64,000 nucleotides of DNA from the NCBI GenBank assembly GCA_013239625.1, contig MU054187.1, positions 24,430,433 through 24,494,432 of the forward strand, written 5' to 3'. The notes under the pieces were generated by a model that searched no databases, was not told the origin of the DNA, and saw nothing but the letters and a program-made list of their open reading frames with translations. Shown here piece by piece: positions 38,161-52,692 of the stretch; within the stretch, counting starts at the first letter, position 1; each line of letters begins with the position of its first letter. A program made the translations under genes and the position numbers. Source of the stretch: Lama guanicoe (lineage: Eukaryota).

Positions 38161-40134
38161 ATAAGGGTCTTATATTTCATCATTATCCACTTTTTTGTGT
38201 GTGAATCTGAAGTCTAGGAGAGAAAGTCTTTCTCATTTTTTAAGTTTTTAATATGAAATCATGTATCTTGGAACATCATCCTACAACTGTATTCAATTAT
38301 TTATGACATAAGACCACTGTATCTTAAGAAAAATCTCATCAAAAAGTCTTTAAGACCTTACAAGTGTTTAGTAACTCAGTCACTTTGGGGGGTACTTAAC
38401 AAGAGCTTCTTAATACTTAAATATATCCTCTGTCCTACAAAATATAGCACTGTAGCAAGGTTCCAAATGTGGCAAATTTATGTTTAGCAGAAATTATGTT
38501 GTGGCAGGAAAGTCAATATAAGTATTACCTAAAGGTAACAGCAAATGAGATATATGTCTCTCAAACACAAGAAATAGTCAAGCTTGGTTGAATAGAAAGA
38601 TTCCTGGACTAAACTGTTCCACTTTTAATTCTTAAATCCTTTTCACATCTTCCTGAAATGTATCGGTAAACTTAATTTTCTCACCTCAATAGTTTATTTT
38701 TATACTACAATGGATAATTAAGGTCCCAACACCATCTAGAGAATATGATTGAATGCATCAATTCTTGCTGAAAACACCTGGCAGTGCAGCCTATAAACAG
38801 AGTAAAAGACTGGATCAAATGCACACCCCGTTATCAATGCTGAATGTCTTTTGAAAGTAATTTCACTGATCTGTACTTATTTTTTCTTCTACTTGCCTAC
38901 TTCCAAAAATAAAGTAGCCCTCTCCAAACAGAATGCATTAAAGAGTTGACGATGGTATCCTAACTCTGAACAATTACTCTGTCATAGCCGCAGTTTAGAT
39001 GCTATTACATTATTTCACTTAGTCTTCACGAAAACCCTTGGTGACAGGAATCATCACTCCAGCTTTACAAAACAATGGAAAGGGAGTTTCGAGAAGTCAA
39101 GTCACCTTGCCTCTGTCCACAGCCAATAAATGAAAAAAGTAGTTTTGGCCAGACATCATGCTGCTTCAAAATCTAGATGCTTAGATTCTAATCTTTGGAA
39201 GTTTCTCAGCATTATAAAAATATCGTTTGACCTTTTGCATGTTATTTTGATAACAATTCATTTTTATGTTATTTGCTAAATGGCCCCTAACTTTGTATCA
39301 GGTATCATGATTAATATAATAAATACAACAGTGGGCAAGACATAATCTCTACTCTCATGAAACTCATAATTTAGATTAACAGAAAAAAAAAAGTAGAAAG
39401 ACAAAATAGTCACAAACTGTATTAACTGCTGGGAAGCAACAACCAAAAAGGTAAAATAGAGAGTAAAATAAGAGATGTACATTTTATAGGATGGTCAGGA
39501 ATTATCTAGGGGCTTAGGGTCCCAGTGTTGCTGGGACATCAGCAACACAGACTGATGAGAAAGGTGAAGGACAGAGCTGAGAGTCAGTAGGGCAAAAAGC
39601 AGATGACCACCCAGCTTGAAAGCCAAACCAGTGAGAAGGGAAAATCTAGATGGACCTTTCAACTTGGAATCAGAAAAATACAGAAAAATCTGCCTTAAGG
39701 AAAAATAAAAGGGGTTGAGATCTAAAACCCCAAGAAGAGGCGTGACAGAGAGTAAGCGGGGTCATTGACATGGCAGACACTAAGCGAGGTCATTGACATG
39801 AGCTGTGGTCAAGACATACCTTGAGTCCTAAAGAGAAACTGGGGTTCAAGTGAGGCAGCCACGTGAAGACTGCAGAAGCTGGATCAAAGGTGGAGGGCCA
39901 AAGAAGGCTGGGGTGTATTCCACAACAGGCATAAGATTCTAGGAGTGGTTGTCAGTGAAGCAGCCTTGGGAGATGGAGAGCATGTCGGAACTCAAATTAA
40001 GGCCAAGCTGATGTGTCTCTGATTGAGAATATAAACTTGTTTTAGGACAGAGCAGAGGCCATTGGTGTGACTAGGCTCCACCCTCAGAGGTTTTGATTTG
40101 ATTCATCTAGAGTGGAGCTCAGCAGTGGTAGCTT

Positions 40135-40850
40135 TTAATTTTGAGATAATAGAAGATTTACATGCAATTAGAAGAAATAGGATCTTGTATACATTTTACC
40201 CGGTTTCCCTCAATGATAACATCTTTCAAAACTAACTCACATCACAGCCAGGATACTGGCATTGAGAGTCAAGATACAAAACATTTCCATTGCCTCATGA
40301 TACACAGCTTCTTCATCACGCTGCTTTTTCATAGCTATATCCACTTCCATTTCACCCCACCCCTTACTTGATCCCAGGTGACAACTAACCTATTCACAAG
40401 TTTGATAATTTTTTTCATTTCAGACTGTTATATAAAAAGAATCACAAATATGTCATTGTTTGGGGCTTGGCTTTGTTCACTCAGCATAATTCTCCAGTGA
40501 TTCCTCTAAATTGTTGCATGCATCAATAGTTTGTTCCTTTTTTGTTGCCAAGTAGTATTCTATGGTATAGCTCTACCACAGTTTATTTAATCATTCACTC
40601 ACTAAAAGATATTTGTTGTGTCTTGACTTAGGATATTATGAATGGAGGCTATAAGCATTTATGTACAAGTTTTTGTAGAAATTAGGATAAATGCACAGGA
40701 ACTTAGGACAAATGCTGAATCATATGATAATTGTATGTTTGGTTTTTTTTAAGAAACCCCCACACTGTTTTCCGCAGTGACTGCACCATTTTCCTTTCCC
40801 ACTAGGAGTGCATGAGTGATCCATTATCTCCCCACCTTCTCCAGCATTTA
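40135..40850 (-). mobile_element. Old L1 (L1MB-like) 3' fragment
   Basis: 'ttttaattttgagataat...ttcactcagcataatt...ttgttgcatgcatcaatagtttgttcc' is typical of old L1M 3' ends. Confidence 0.65.
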
Positions 40851-42107
40851 GGGAGCAGAGAGCCACTCCCCTGACACTTACTGGTATGCCACAGGTACAT
40901 TTCAGGTGAGAGTTCATTAACACTAATAAATCTATTTTTCATTTATTTATTATCACTGAAATGTGGATATGCAGCCATGTTAATGACACTGTTTTAGAAT
41001 AATCTAATAAAACTAGAATTATACATAAGCCAAATGTGGTTTCTAATTTACTATCAGCAATCTGTCATTCTTTAATTATCCTGCCATTTTGTAGAAATGA
41101 ATAGTTGGAAAAAAAATGTTTAATCCGTAATTTATTCCACCTTCAGAATTCTTATGGGGCCTAAATCAACAGAAAACCTCTTAAGTGTATGATATATATC
41201 AGACCTTCATGCCTGAAATTTGGCACAAAAATTTTGAGGTCATGAAAGGTAGAAAACTAGAAAAAAAGGTTATGATTTAAAAGCTGCAAAGTTCCTATCC
41301 ATAAGGCAAAACACTTCTATTTTTCTTTGAGAAACTCTTCATCCTGAGAAAACTACCTGATAGATTCCTAAATTACTTAAAGTAAAAAAGCAAGTATCTA
41401 CCCATTTTTTTCTGGGGAGAAATTAAAACAACCAATAATCTCAAAGCAGATGTTTCCACAGGGAAGCCAAATGTTCTGCTTGGTAATGTAAATGTGCTGA
41501 GTGGAAGTTCTAAGCCTCAAATCTGCAGTTTTTACTGCTTTTAGTGGAGAGAGTGAGAATGTTTTTGCAGGCATTTGAGTGAAGAAAATAAATACCTTTC
41601 TCTCTGGACCTTGGAATGGTGAGTATTCCCAGGATGGGAGTAGGGCATGGGGATGTGGAAAGGGGGAATTTCTGAGTTGGTGATTGATGTCTGAGGATGG
41701 TGACAGACTGTTTACGAAATGCCTTACCTTGTAAGTGACCCTAAGCCTATAAGCGAAGTTTCAAAAGTTGGATTCTTAATAGAGAACTAAGGAAAGGCTC
41801 TGTTTCAAGGCTGTGAAAGTGGTAAAGAGGAGGGGAAAGCGCCCATTCCTGCCTGTTAGCAGTCCTAAACCAGGAGACGTGGCTCATGCAATGGGAAAGA
41901 CCAGCTTGATGAAGTAGCCAAAGGAGGGAATCTGCCTTTCCAGCCCATGGAATGCAGAGTGTGGGGACCCTTCACAAACTATGTAAGGGACGCAGTGAGG
42001 AGAACCAAACTTTTGGGGTCCAGAAACCAGGTTATCTGTGTTTGTAACAAGTACCTGGATGATTCCAGTGCAGCCAGCAATGGGGACCAATTTTACTGAA
42101 AGTCAAA

Positions 42108-42270
42108 AGCAGTGGTTCTCATTCTTCAGGGTGCTTAAGAATCTCCTGAGTGCTCGCTAAAAAGCAAGTCCCAAAATTCCAGTCCAGAGAGCCCGATTTA
42201 CATCTCCCAGTTTAATAAGCTCTCAGGTAATGCTGATGCAGGTGGTTCAACTTTAAAAAACATTGCTTTA
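42108..42270. mobile_element. MER5-like MITE
   Basis: 'cagtggttctc...aagaatctcctg...gctgatgcaggtggt' motifs. Confidence 0.5.
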
Positions 42271-43684
42271 AAAGTTAAAGCATTTTTATGAAGTATTAGT
42301 GTGAGACCTGTAAAATAAAATCAAGTCATTTCTTACATACATTTTTTACAAAATAAGACAATACACTTTAGCTCTTTAATTTACATATTGGCTAAACACT
42401 ATTAGGGCAGTGAAGACCCAGAATCTCATTTTGGAATAATTGCCTTCAATGTGAACGCTAGAAGCAATTATCTTACAAATTCTTCTTTAATATCAATCAA
42501 ATATGCTGTTTTATATTTTTTAAATCAACAATGATTTTTTAATCAAAAATTTGTGTTGAATGCCTATCTGTGACAAATAAAGCATTATCGAGAACACAAA
42601 GTTAACTTATGTGAACAAATTTGTTTCAGGTACTTTAAAGTCAGTGGATTTTTAGAATGAGTGAACCAAATATATCTACTGGCTATACATGAAAAATGTT
42701 TGGTTTCATGGGATTTAGAAATAAATGTTTTGAAACTAATAATTATGTACATAAATCATTTTCATCTGTTGCAATTGGATTTTTAAGTCCTTTATTTATA
42801 TATTTCTATAAATATTGTCCTATTTGTTATTTTATTGACCCCCATGATTACTTCCAGATTTTATAATTTGTGTTGGATATTTTATTCAATGACATTGCAC
42901 AATGCTCAAAAATTATAGAGTTTATTTTGACTTTGATTTACTTAGCTAAGTCAGATTATTTTTAAAGAAAGGAAGCATACTTACTAGATGGGGATATTTG
43001 ATTCTTTGCTGGAAAATATGAGTGTTCTAAACAATAAAAACTAATTTTTTTAAATTCACTTCCAAATGTAAATAAAGTAGGAACATTTTAAATAGCTTTG
43101 AGTATATTTCTTATCACAGAAGTACAAGTATCTCAAGGAATAATTAACTTCTCATCTTAGAGTTTACAATTGAATCAATATTACAATAACATTTCTGAAA
43201 TATGCTTCTCTGTTTTAACTTCAAGTAAGATATTCATTCATGGCTTTCATAGGATTTGGTTAGTTCTCAGCTATGAACACTAGACCAACTTTTCAAAGAA
43301 ACCTATAATTAATCTTTCGAAATAAGTGGTTTACAAAATTGTTTAATACATCCTCAAAGGTTTATTTCTTTTCAATTTAGTTAATTGCACTATAAATTGT
43401 GAAATCCTGTCACCGTCATGACAGTAACTGCTGATCTGATCATAAGAGTCATGAACCACGAAGAGAAAGGTGCCAGATGAAAGCTACAATTTGGTAATGG
43501 ACCAGCCATTGTGGAGCTAAATAAAAACATAAGCTAAGTCACTCAGTCAAACTATTGTTGAAAGGGAGAGAAAAGGCATGTCTAGATTTTTCTTTTCTAT
43601 TTTCTATTTATTTTTTCCAGTTTTTCCCATATTTTATTGATTTACATAGTTTTTATAATATTATAGAAACATACTTTTTTATTC

Positions 43685-43875
43685 TTTTTTTATTGAAGTG
43701 TAGTCGATTTACAATGTTAGTTTCAAGTGTATAGCAAAGTGATTCAGTTATACATATATATACATACATACATATATGTTCTTTCCATTATGGCTCATTA
43801 CAGGAAATTTTGAATGTAGTTCCCCTTGCTATATGAAAGGATCTTGTTGTTTACCTATTTTATATATAGTAGAGC
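43685..43875 (-). mobile_element. L1 3'-end fragment
   Basis: 'ttattgaagtgtagtcgatttacaatgttag' L1 tail after poly-T. Confidence 0.8.
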
Positions 43876-45565
43876 ATAGCTAGTGGAAACCAGAGTTTAA
43901 GGCCTAAAATAACCCATCGGCAAAATAAGTCGTATTGATACCAGCCTCCAGGAGTCTTTTCTAAGAACCATTTATCTTTCCAAATACCTTCACCTTCAAA
44001 TGGTTATATTGCTAAAAGTATTATCAGAAATTTTTATCTTCCTTTTTGGAGTTTTTTGAATTTCATGCTTGGTTTAGGTTCAACAGAATAAGTGGGATAT
44101 AATCAAAATGGGTACATGTTATTTATAAAAAACAATTTTTGTGATTTTATATATCTAATACTAAAAGGTAAACAGAAATACTGTATATTTAATGGCTAAG
44201 GTACCATGGTTTCTACAAGTTTAAGAGAAATCTGACAGTTTGACAAAATTCTAATTACAAGTCAGAGTATTAACTATGTAAAAATGTTCTATTCAATGTA
44301 TTTCTTGTGAATGTTCTTGTTGGAGTTTGGTTGCACTCAGGCAGTAAAAACTACTATGATGAGTCAAAATATACAAATAAAATCACATGGTATATATACC
44401 CACACTACATATGAAAATATAGACTGTCCTCATGGGGGAAAATTCATGTTCAAAAAATTGAGAAAATTTTTCTTCCGAAGTGCTCAAGGTCAATTATGAT
44501 TCAAGCCAGTATGCCAAGGAGCTTGGTATTTCTGTATCATTTTATTAAAAACACTGCACACCCATTCTCAAAGGATAAATAATGGAATAAACACATTAAA
44601 TACAAATTATTATATGGTTGATACTTCTTTAGGTTGTAGATCAGTCATACAGGTACCATCTTTGCTTCTACCTGAAAACAGTGGACTTGTCAGCATCATT
44701 AGCCGATACATCACCATGCTTCACCTTACCTCACCTCTATCTCTTTTTTAAACCTTCCATAATATTTCCTCCCCGTTTATTCTGTCCATGTCCTAACTCT
44801 GTATGTCACTGCCTTTACTGTGTGGCAGACCCTGCTGGGGAGGACTCATTATCTTTTCTTCCCTTCTTCTCTAACGTTGATTTTATATGGGATGTACGTG
44901 TGCTAGGTAAAAACGCCCACGTCCCAGGCTCCTGTGCAGCCAGCGGTGAATGCCTGGCTCAGTTCTGGCCAGCTGAGTGGGTTTTACAAAAACTGTTGTT
45001 TTGATCAAAGTGCTGGAAGCACCTTTTTCCTTTCATTCTCCCCCTTATCTTCTTACTGGAACCTGGATGTAGTACCTAGAGGTAGAATGACCTTCTCAAC
45101 ATGAGGACCAAAGCCACATGTCAAGGATAATAGAGCAAGAAGCAAACAGAGCCTGGAAAGTTAATGGCTTTCTTAAATAGCTGTGAGCGTTCTGGACTGC
45201 CCTCCTCTGGATTTTTTGCTACATAAGAAAATAAAACTTTTACCTGCTTAAATCACTATAAACAGGTCTCTTCTATGTGAAATCAGATGTAATACTAATC
45301 AATACAAACAGAAAATAAGTGACCTCTCTCCTTACATTAACATGTGTATAAATATTTACACTAAAATTTTTTGTTTTTATTATATATTTATAAATTTCTT
45401 AACAAAGGAAGAAGCAAATATTCTGCAAAAAAATTTGAATATATACAAATTGTTCAGAGATTCTGTTTTGTTAATTCTGTTGTTTATTAGGGCTGTTTTG
45501 TTTGTTTTCTTGTCCTTGGTCAAACAACTTTTTAATATTGCATGCAATAAGAGCAAAATCCAAGA

Positions 45566-46089
45566 TGTGGTGTTTTTAAAAAAGGTTGCTAATTCTTTAA
45601 CAATTTTCCCTCAAAGATAGGGTCTCTGTCCCTTTCCCTTTGAATCTGAGCAGCCTTGCGACTTGCTTGTGGCCAGCAGAGCTCAGCAAAAATGACTCTG
45701 TGATGTCCAAAGCTGCATCAGCAAGGGCAGTGCAGCCTCGACCTTATTTGCCTGAACATTTGCACTTGGAGCCCTGAGCCGCTCTGTAAGAAATCCACCT
45801 GCTGTAACGCCACCATTCTGCAAGGATGCCACGTGGAGGAGACGTCCTGTAGAAAGTCTTAGTCTTTACATTCTTCCAGCCTCTGAACCAAACACAGGAG
45901 TTAATAAGACTTCAGCCCCCAGCAATTGAGCCTCCCCTGGCACTTTAATCTTTCCAGCAGAGACTAGCTGTCTTCATGTGGACCAGCCCAAACTTCTGAC
46001 CTACAAAATGTGTTAGCAAATTAAAACACAGTTGCTTTATGCCATTAAATGTGGGGGTGATTTGTGTTGCAGAATTAGTGGTCACAACA
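45566..46089 (+). mobile_element. MLT1-like (MaLR) solo LTR
   Basis: tgtgg...aaca termini; MLT1 motifs 'ccctttcccttTgaatctg', 'ccagcccaaacttctgacctacaaaa', 'gggggtgatttg'. Confidence 0.65.
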
Positions 46090-47418
46090 CTGGAGAAAGC
46101 CATCCCCCACACACTTAGGGATAAGTAAAAAGAGAAAACGTTTTCTCAAAGGAACACAATGACACATGGAAATGACAGAAACGGTATCCAAGACGATTGC
46201 GGCAATGATGCAAACAGTATTTTCTGTTTGTACTATGTCTTGAGTCCATGGCATTCAGGACCCATTACAAACTGGACTCCTAAAAACGAAACATACAGAC
46301 ACCCTGTTACATGTCTAGGTGTACTGAAATTTACAGCAAGAAAGATAGGGACTTCAGGAACCATACCACAAGAAAGGTGTAAATAAATAGATAAATGGAT
46401 AGAGAGAGAGAGAGAGAGAGAGCAATAAAGATAGGGAATTCAAATAATCAGAATAAGAATCTAAAATCATCAAATAACATTGAAGTTTCAAAACACACTC
46501 AAACTTTTAGTTCAGCGAAGAGCATTCCTCCCCAGGATGTCTGGTACTTATACTCCTGTTATAATCAACAGCACGATTTTCATCATCATCATCTTATCTC
46601 ACCTCTTCAACTCACATGCTGAAGGCACAGACAGTGAAATGTCACAGATTTCTATAGCATGTTGTACACTTCTTTTATTTTCTGTGTTTAATGATGTTTG
46701 ATTTTTATCCTATCCCTTTGAGATTGTAAGCTTAGCAAAAGCAGAGTCAGAGTCATAAAAACTTACTTACAATAAGATTATTACCTTTCGTTAGTCTATA
46801 ATGACCCATAATGAAAATATAATTTCATTGTTTGAATCAGTTTCATTTTTCTTATTAAAAGGTTAAGGCATAATGTCTAAATATCTTATTCTCTGAAAGA
46901 TTTCTCTTTGCTTTTTATTTTTACAAGAGCAGCAGCATTTCTACAAGATGTCTGCAAAAAATGACAATGACTTTGTGTGTTTTGGTCTATAATTATCTTC
47001 CTTTTCTACATGGTTTGCCCTGTAGTTTTAGATGGGGTGTTGAAACAAAGTGTCATGGAAGCCAGACTCACCGACAGTCATCCAACACTTTCCCTTTAAG
47101 TCCTTCCTTTGAAACAAAGTTGAAAATTACGAACTTTTTTCTCAAGTCCTGGCATTGTCTTTCTCAGAAGAATCCACTACATCCTTCCAAGAGTTTCATC
47201 TACTGTCACACACAGACAGCCCATATATTCTCCTTGAAGCACGAATTGCTCAGATTACTGTCAAAGTTCACTCAGTCCAGTACCTTTTTTGGATATTCAT
47301 GACCTAAAATTGTCAAGCTAACCTCCACAAGCTATATACTGAAAAACTGAAATGGCACTTTCTGCTTTGTGCTAACTATAAAAAGTTACAAATTTCTGAA
47401 ATCTGAGTATAGATTTTT

Positions 47419-49262
47419 CTAAACATTTCTTATTGAGTTATAGTCATTTTACATTATTGTGTCAAATTCCAGTATAGAGCACAATTTTTCAGTTATACAT
47501 GAACATACATATATTCATTGTCACATTTTTTTCGCTGTGAGCTACAAGATCTTGTATATATTTCCCTGTACTATACAGTATAGTCTTGTTTACCTATTCT
47601 ACATTTTGAAATCTCAGTCTATCCCTTCCCACACCCTGCCCCCTTAGCAACAACAAGTTTGTATTCTATGCCTATGAGTCTGTTTCTGTTTTGTATTTAT
47701 GTTTTATTTATGTTGTTTTTTTTTTTTAGATTCCACATATGAGCGATTTCATGATATTTCTCTTTCTCTTTCTGGCCTACTTCACTTAAAATGACATTCT
47801 CCAGGAACATCCATGTTGCTGCAAATGGCATTATGCTATTGGTTTTTATGGCTGAGTAGTATTCCATTGTATAAATATACCACTTCTTCTTTATCCAGTC
47901 ATCTGTTCATGGACATTTAGGCTGTTTCCATGTCTTGGCTATTGTAAATAGTGCTGCTATGACCATTTGAAGTAGGATTCCATCTGGATATATGCCCAGG
48001 AGCAGGATTCTTGGGTCATCCAGTAAGTCTATTCCTAGTCTTTTGAGGAATCTCCATACTGTTTTCCACAGTGGCTGCACCAAACTGCATTCCCATCAGC
48101 AGTGAAGGAGGGTTCCGTTTTCTCCACAGCCTCTCCAGCATTTGTCGTTTGTGGACTTTTGAATGCTGGCCATTCTGACTGGTGTGAGCTGATACCTCAT
48201 TGTAGTTTTGATTTGCATGTCTCTGATAATTAGTGATATTGAGCATTTTTTCATGTGTCTATTGATCATTTGTATGTCTTCATTGGAGAATTGCTTGTTT
48301 AGGTCTTTTGCCCATTTTTGGATTGGGTTGTTTGTTTTTTTCTTATTAAGTCATATGAGCTGCTTATATATTCTGGAGATCAAGCCTTTGTCTGTTTCAT
48401 TTGCAAAAATTTTTTCCCATTCTGCAGGTTGTCGTTTTGTTTTACTTATGGTTTCCTTTGCTGTGCAGAAGCTTGTAAGTTTCATTAGGTCCCATTTGTT
48501 TATTCTTCATTTTATTTCTATTTCTTGTATATATTGCTCTAGAACATTTCTGAGATGTATGTCAGATAATGTTTTGCTTATATTTTCTTCTAGGAGGTTT
48601 ATTGTATCTTGTCTTATGTTTAAATCTTTGATCCATTTTGAGTTGATTTTTGTATATGGTGTAAGGGAGTGTTCTAGCTTCACCTCTTACATGCTGCTGT
48701 CCAGTTTTCTCAACACCATTTGCTGAAAAGACTGTCTTTATTCCATTGTATATTCTTGCTTCCTTTGTCAAAGATTGGTTGACCAAAAGTTTGTGGGTTC
48801 ATTTCTGGGCTCTCTATTCTGTTTCATTGGTCTACATGTCTGTTTTTGTACCAATACCATGCTGTCTTGATGACTGTAGCTCTATAGTATTCTCTGAAGT
48901 CTGGGAGAGTTATTCCTCCAGCCTCTTTCTTTCTCTTCAGTAATGCTTTAGCAATTCTAGGTCTTTGATGGTTCCATATAAATTTTATTATGATTTGTTC
49001 TAGTTCTGTGAAATATGTCCTGGGTAATTGGATAGGGATTGCATTAAATCTGTAGATTGCCTTGGGCAGTGTGACCATTTTAACAATATTGATTCTTCCA
49101 ATCCAGGAGCATGGGATACCTTTCCATTTTTTTAAGTCTTCTTTAATTTCCTTAATCAGTGTTTTATAGTTTTCTGTGTATAAGTCTTTCACCTCCTTGG
49201 TTAGATTTATTCCTAGGTATTTTATTACTTTGGGTGCTATATTAAAAGGGATTGTTTCTTTA
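47419..49262 (-). mobile_element. Young 5'-truncated L1 (ORF2 3' part plus 3' UTR) with a 16-bp TSD
   Basis: TSD ctgagtatagattttt at 47403-47418 and 49263-49278; ORF2 fragment 48824..49192 ([14 protein letters not shown]...TAWYWYKNR). Confidence 0.93.
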
Positions 49263-50360
49263 CTGAGTATAGATTTTTAAAGTGACTACATAACAGTAAA
49301 AAAAAATTGCAAGAATATCTGGCAAATTTATGCTAGCTACAAGTATTACAAAGTTGGATATTTTCTTCAGTTTCCACCATAGGTATAGGTTTGTGAAGGC
49401 ACACAAATATTGCCAAACTCAATGTGTTAGATCATTCTTTGTGGTTTCAGATTTCATATCAATGGTATAGTTTTACTCATATATGTTTATTTAATATATT
49501 TTAATAGTTAGTCACTACATATTTTGTTTTACTTACACACTTTGAATCCCTTCAATATCTTTAAAAGTGTTTGCCTTCTCCATACATCAGGAAGAACTTT
49601 TAAAATATTTCCTCAAAGAAATTAATTTTCACAAACATAATTTATGTGGAATTGATTTTCTTTGATTTAAATGGGATTTTTTATCCCATAGTTTGTATCT
49701 AAATTGATTTCCAAAATATCAAATGTCTTGTGCTTTGTAATGTTACTGTTGGCTTTCCATTAAATTCATCTGTTGACATGACACTTGAATTTGAAAATAT
49801 AAAATATATTTGTTATATTTCATGAGTTGATATTTTCTGAAAGCAAAATGCTAAGTAATTAGGGAGTGGATAAACTTTTTGACGATTATTCAGTTTTCTA
49901 ACAGATTTGTTATAACAGTTATGGTAATCAGTACTCTTGAGATTTGATTTATTAAGTTTCTCTGAGGGTCCTCCTAGTGCTTAATAAGGAAAGGTGAGCT
50001 GCTTTAATTGAGATAATGCCTAAAACAACACAATAACATATTTGTATAATAAATCTCCTGACCACTGGATATAATTAAAGAATTTCCTGGTTCTGCCAAA
50101 GATATCTAATCAGAAACCTAACACTAACAAGTTCATGCATGATAAGAGAATTTAAATTTTGGTTAGTGTTACTGATGCCTGGATTTATAAACTTTTTCAA
50201 ATATTCTTTCCAAGCCCTTTATCCACCCACCCCCACTTACCAGGACCCCACATTTTAATTTTTGCAACATGTTACTACACATTGTAAGACTAGTCACCTC
50301 GAATTACAGTCCACTGTCTAGACTGATTGCTTGTTGCTGTAACATTTAGTTATTGGGGAT

Positions 50361-50504
50361 GGGGGGAGGGTATTGCTCAAGTGGTAGAGCACATGTTTAG
50401 CATGCATGGGGTCCTGGGTTCAATCCCCAGTATCTCCTCTAAAAATAAAGAAATAAACCTAATTACCTCCCCCCAACAACAACAACAAAATTTGAAAAAA
50501 AAAA
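50361..50504 (+). mobile_element. tRNA(Ala)-derived camelid SINE (Vic-1-like)
   Basis: GGGGAGGGTATTGCTCAAGTGGTAGAGCACATGTTTAGCATGCATGGGGTCCTGGGTTCAATCCCCAGTATCTCC with A and B boxes, then 'aaataaacctaattacctccccc' and an A tail. Confidence 0.85.
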
Positions 50505-51152
50505 GACTTAAAGTTATCAAGGACAGGGACTTTTTTTTAATCCCTGCACTCATACCAACTTTCAGAGTGTCTGAAATAGAGAAAATGCTAATATTTGGAC
50601 ACAGAATGCAATGGGGTGACGTGAAGTAAAATTACATTGCTAAAAGGCATGATAAAATTGTCTGCATGGAAGTATTGTCATGACCGTTGGTGTCCCCAAA
50701 ACACATGCTGCAAAGAATCTCAATGGTTCAGCTTCACCAATAATTACAAAAATTGATAAGTTGAGGGATAAATGAAAGCACAATTATTTGTATTGTTTAG
50801 ACATTTAAATATCAGCAATGTGAAAAGGACAATGTTGATTACTTTCCAAAGTAACACTACTTGCTTCCACACTAAGGGATTATTTTAAAATATATATTGT
50901 GAGTCAATTTGATAACCATAGTGAAAATAATATATACATAAAGCTTATCAGCTTAATAAATCTGTTTTTTTTTTTGTTTTTTAGTAAACTGAATTCGACC
51001 TCTACAATTGTCACAGTAAAGGCCTATAGGGAGACTATGTCATTATATACTGCAGTTTGAAAGTATAACTTCAAATATAAATTACTGGCCATAATATGTG
51101 ATCAATAGGATCTTACCAGAGCATCAGCAGAATTTAGAAAATATAGATTTCA

Positions 51153-52692
51153 TATCTACAAACTATGTACATACTACAAAGCTATAGTAATCAAAACAGT
51201 ATGGTACTGGCACAAAAACAGACACATAGACCAATGGAACAGGATACAAAGCCCAGAAGTAAACCCACATACTTATGGCCAATTAATCTGTGATACAGGA
51301 AGCAAGAATAGACAATGGAAAAAAGACAGTCTCTTCAATAAGTGGTGCTAGGAAAATTGGACAGTTACATGTAGAAGAATGAAATTAGAACATTCTCTAA
51401 CACCGTATACAAAAATAAACTCAAAATTGATTAAAGACCTAAATGTAAGACCAGATACTCTAAAACTCCTAGAGGAAAACATAGCAGAACTCTCTTTGCC
51501 ATAAATTTCAGCAATTTGGTGGGGAAGGGGGGAATCTTATCACCAGAGTAATCAAAATGAAAGCAAAAATAAACAAATGGGAACTAATCAAATATAAGCT
51601 TTTCCACAGTAAAGGAAACTAAACAAATGAAAGAAAACCTACAAAAAGGGAGAAAATATTTGCAAATAATGCAACTGACAAGGGATTCATTTCAAATACA
51701 TACAAACAGCTCTTACAGCTTAATATCAAAAAAACAAACAACCAAATCAATAAATGGGCAGAAGACCTAAATAGACAATTCTCCAGTGAAGACATACAGG
51801 TTACCAACAGACACATGAAAAGATGCTCAATATCACTAATTATTGGAGAAATGCAAATTAAAACTACAATGAGGTATCACCTCACATGAGTATGAATGGC
51901 CATCGTTAAAAAGTCTACAAATACTAAATACTAGAGAGGGTGAGGAGAAAATGGAGAACCCTGTAGGTGGGAATGTAAATTGGTGCAGCCACTATGGAGG
52001 ATAGTGCGGAGATTCCTCAAAAAAAACCTAAAAACATACTTACTGTATGATCCAGCAATCCCATCCTGAGCATATTCAGAAAAGATGAAAACACTAATTT
52101 GAAAAGGCACATGCACCCCAATGTTCATAGCAGTACTATTTACAGTAGCCAAGACATGGAAAGAACCTGAGTGTCCACTGACTGACGAATGGATAAAGAA
52201 GATGTATATACATATAAAATGAAATATTACACAGCCATGAAAAGAATGAAATAATGCCATTTGCAGTAACAAGGATGGACCTGGAGGTTATCATATTAAG
52301 GACAGAGAAAGGCAAATATCATATGATATCACTTATATGTGGAATCTTTAAAAAATTGATACAAATGAACTTATTTACAAACCAGAAATAGACTCACAGA
52401 CATAGAGAACAAACTTCTGGTTACCAAAGGGAAAAGGAGGCAGGAAAATAGATGGTTTGAAATTAACATATACACACTATTACATATAAAATAGATTAAC
52501 AGTAAGGTCCTATTGTACAGCACAGGGAACTATATGCAATATCTTGTAATAGCCTATAATGGAAAAGGAACATGAGAGTATCTGTGTATGTGTATGACTG
52601 AATCACCATGCTGCACACCAGAAAATAACATGACATCGGAAATCGACTATACTGCCATAATTAATTAATTAATTAATTACTAATTTCAAAAA
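51153..52692 (+). mobile_element. 5'-truncated L1 (ORF2 3' part plus 3' UTR)
   Basis: 'tactacaaagctatagtaatcaaaacagtatggtactggcac' ORF2 text; approximate TSD aaaatatagatttca / aaaatgcaggtttca. Confidence 0.88.

Noticed and set aside
37560..38790. Minus-strand terminal-exon-like acceptors at ~37636 and ~38780, the latter with a downstream AATAAA
   Set aside because: No recognisable peptide in any frame and no way to link them by eye; indistinguishable from chance.
50361..50440. tRNA-Ala gene
   Set aside because: The tRNA-like head continues into a SINE body and A tail and has substitutions in the stems; it is a SINE.
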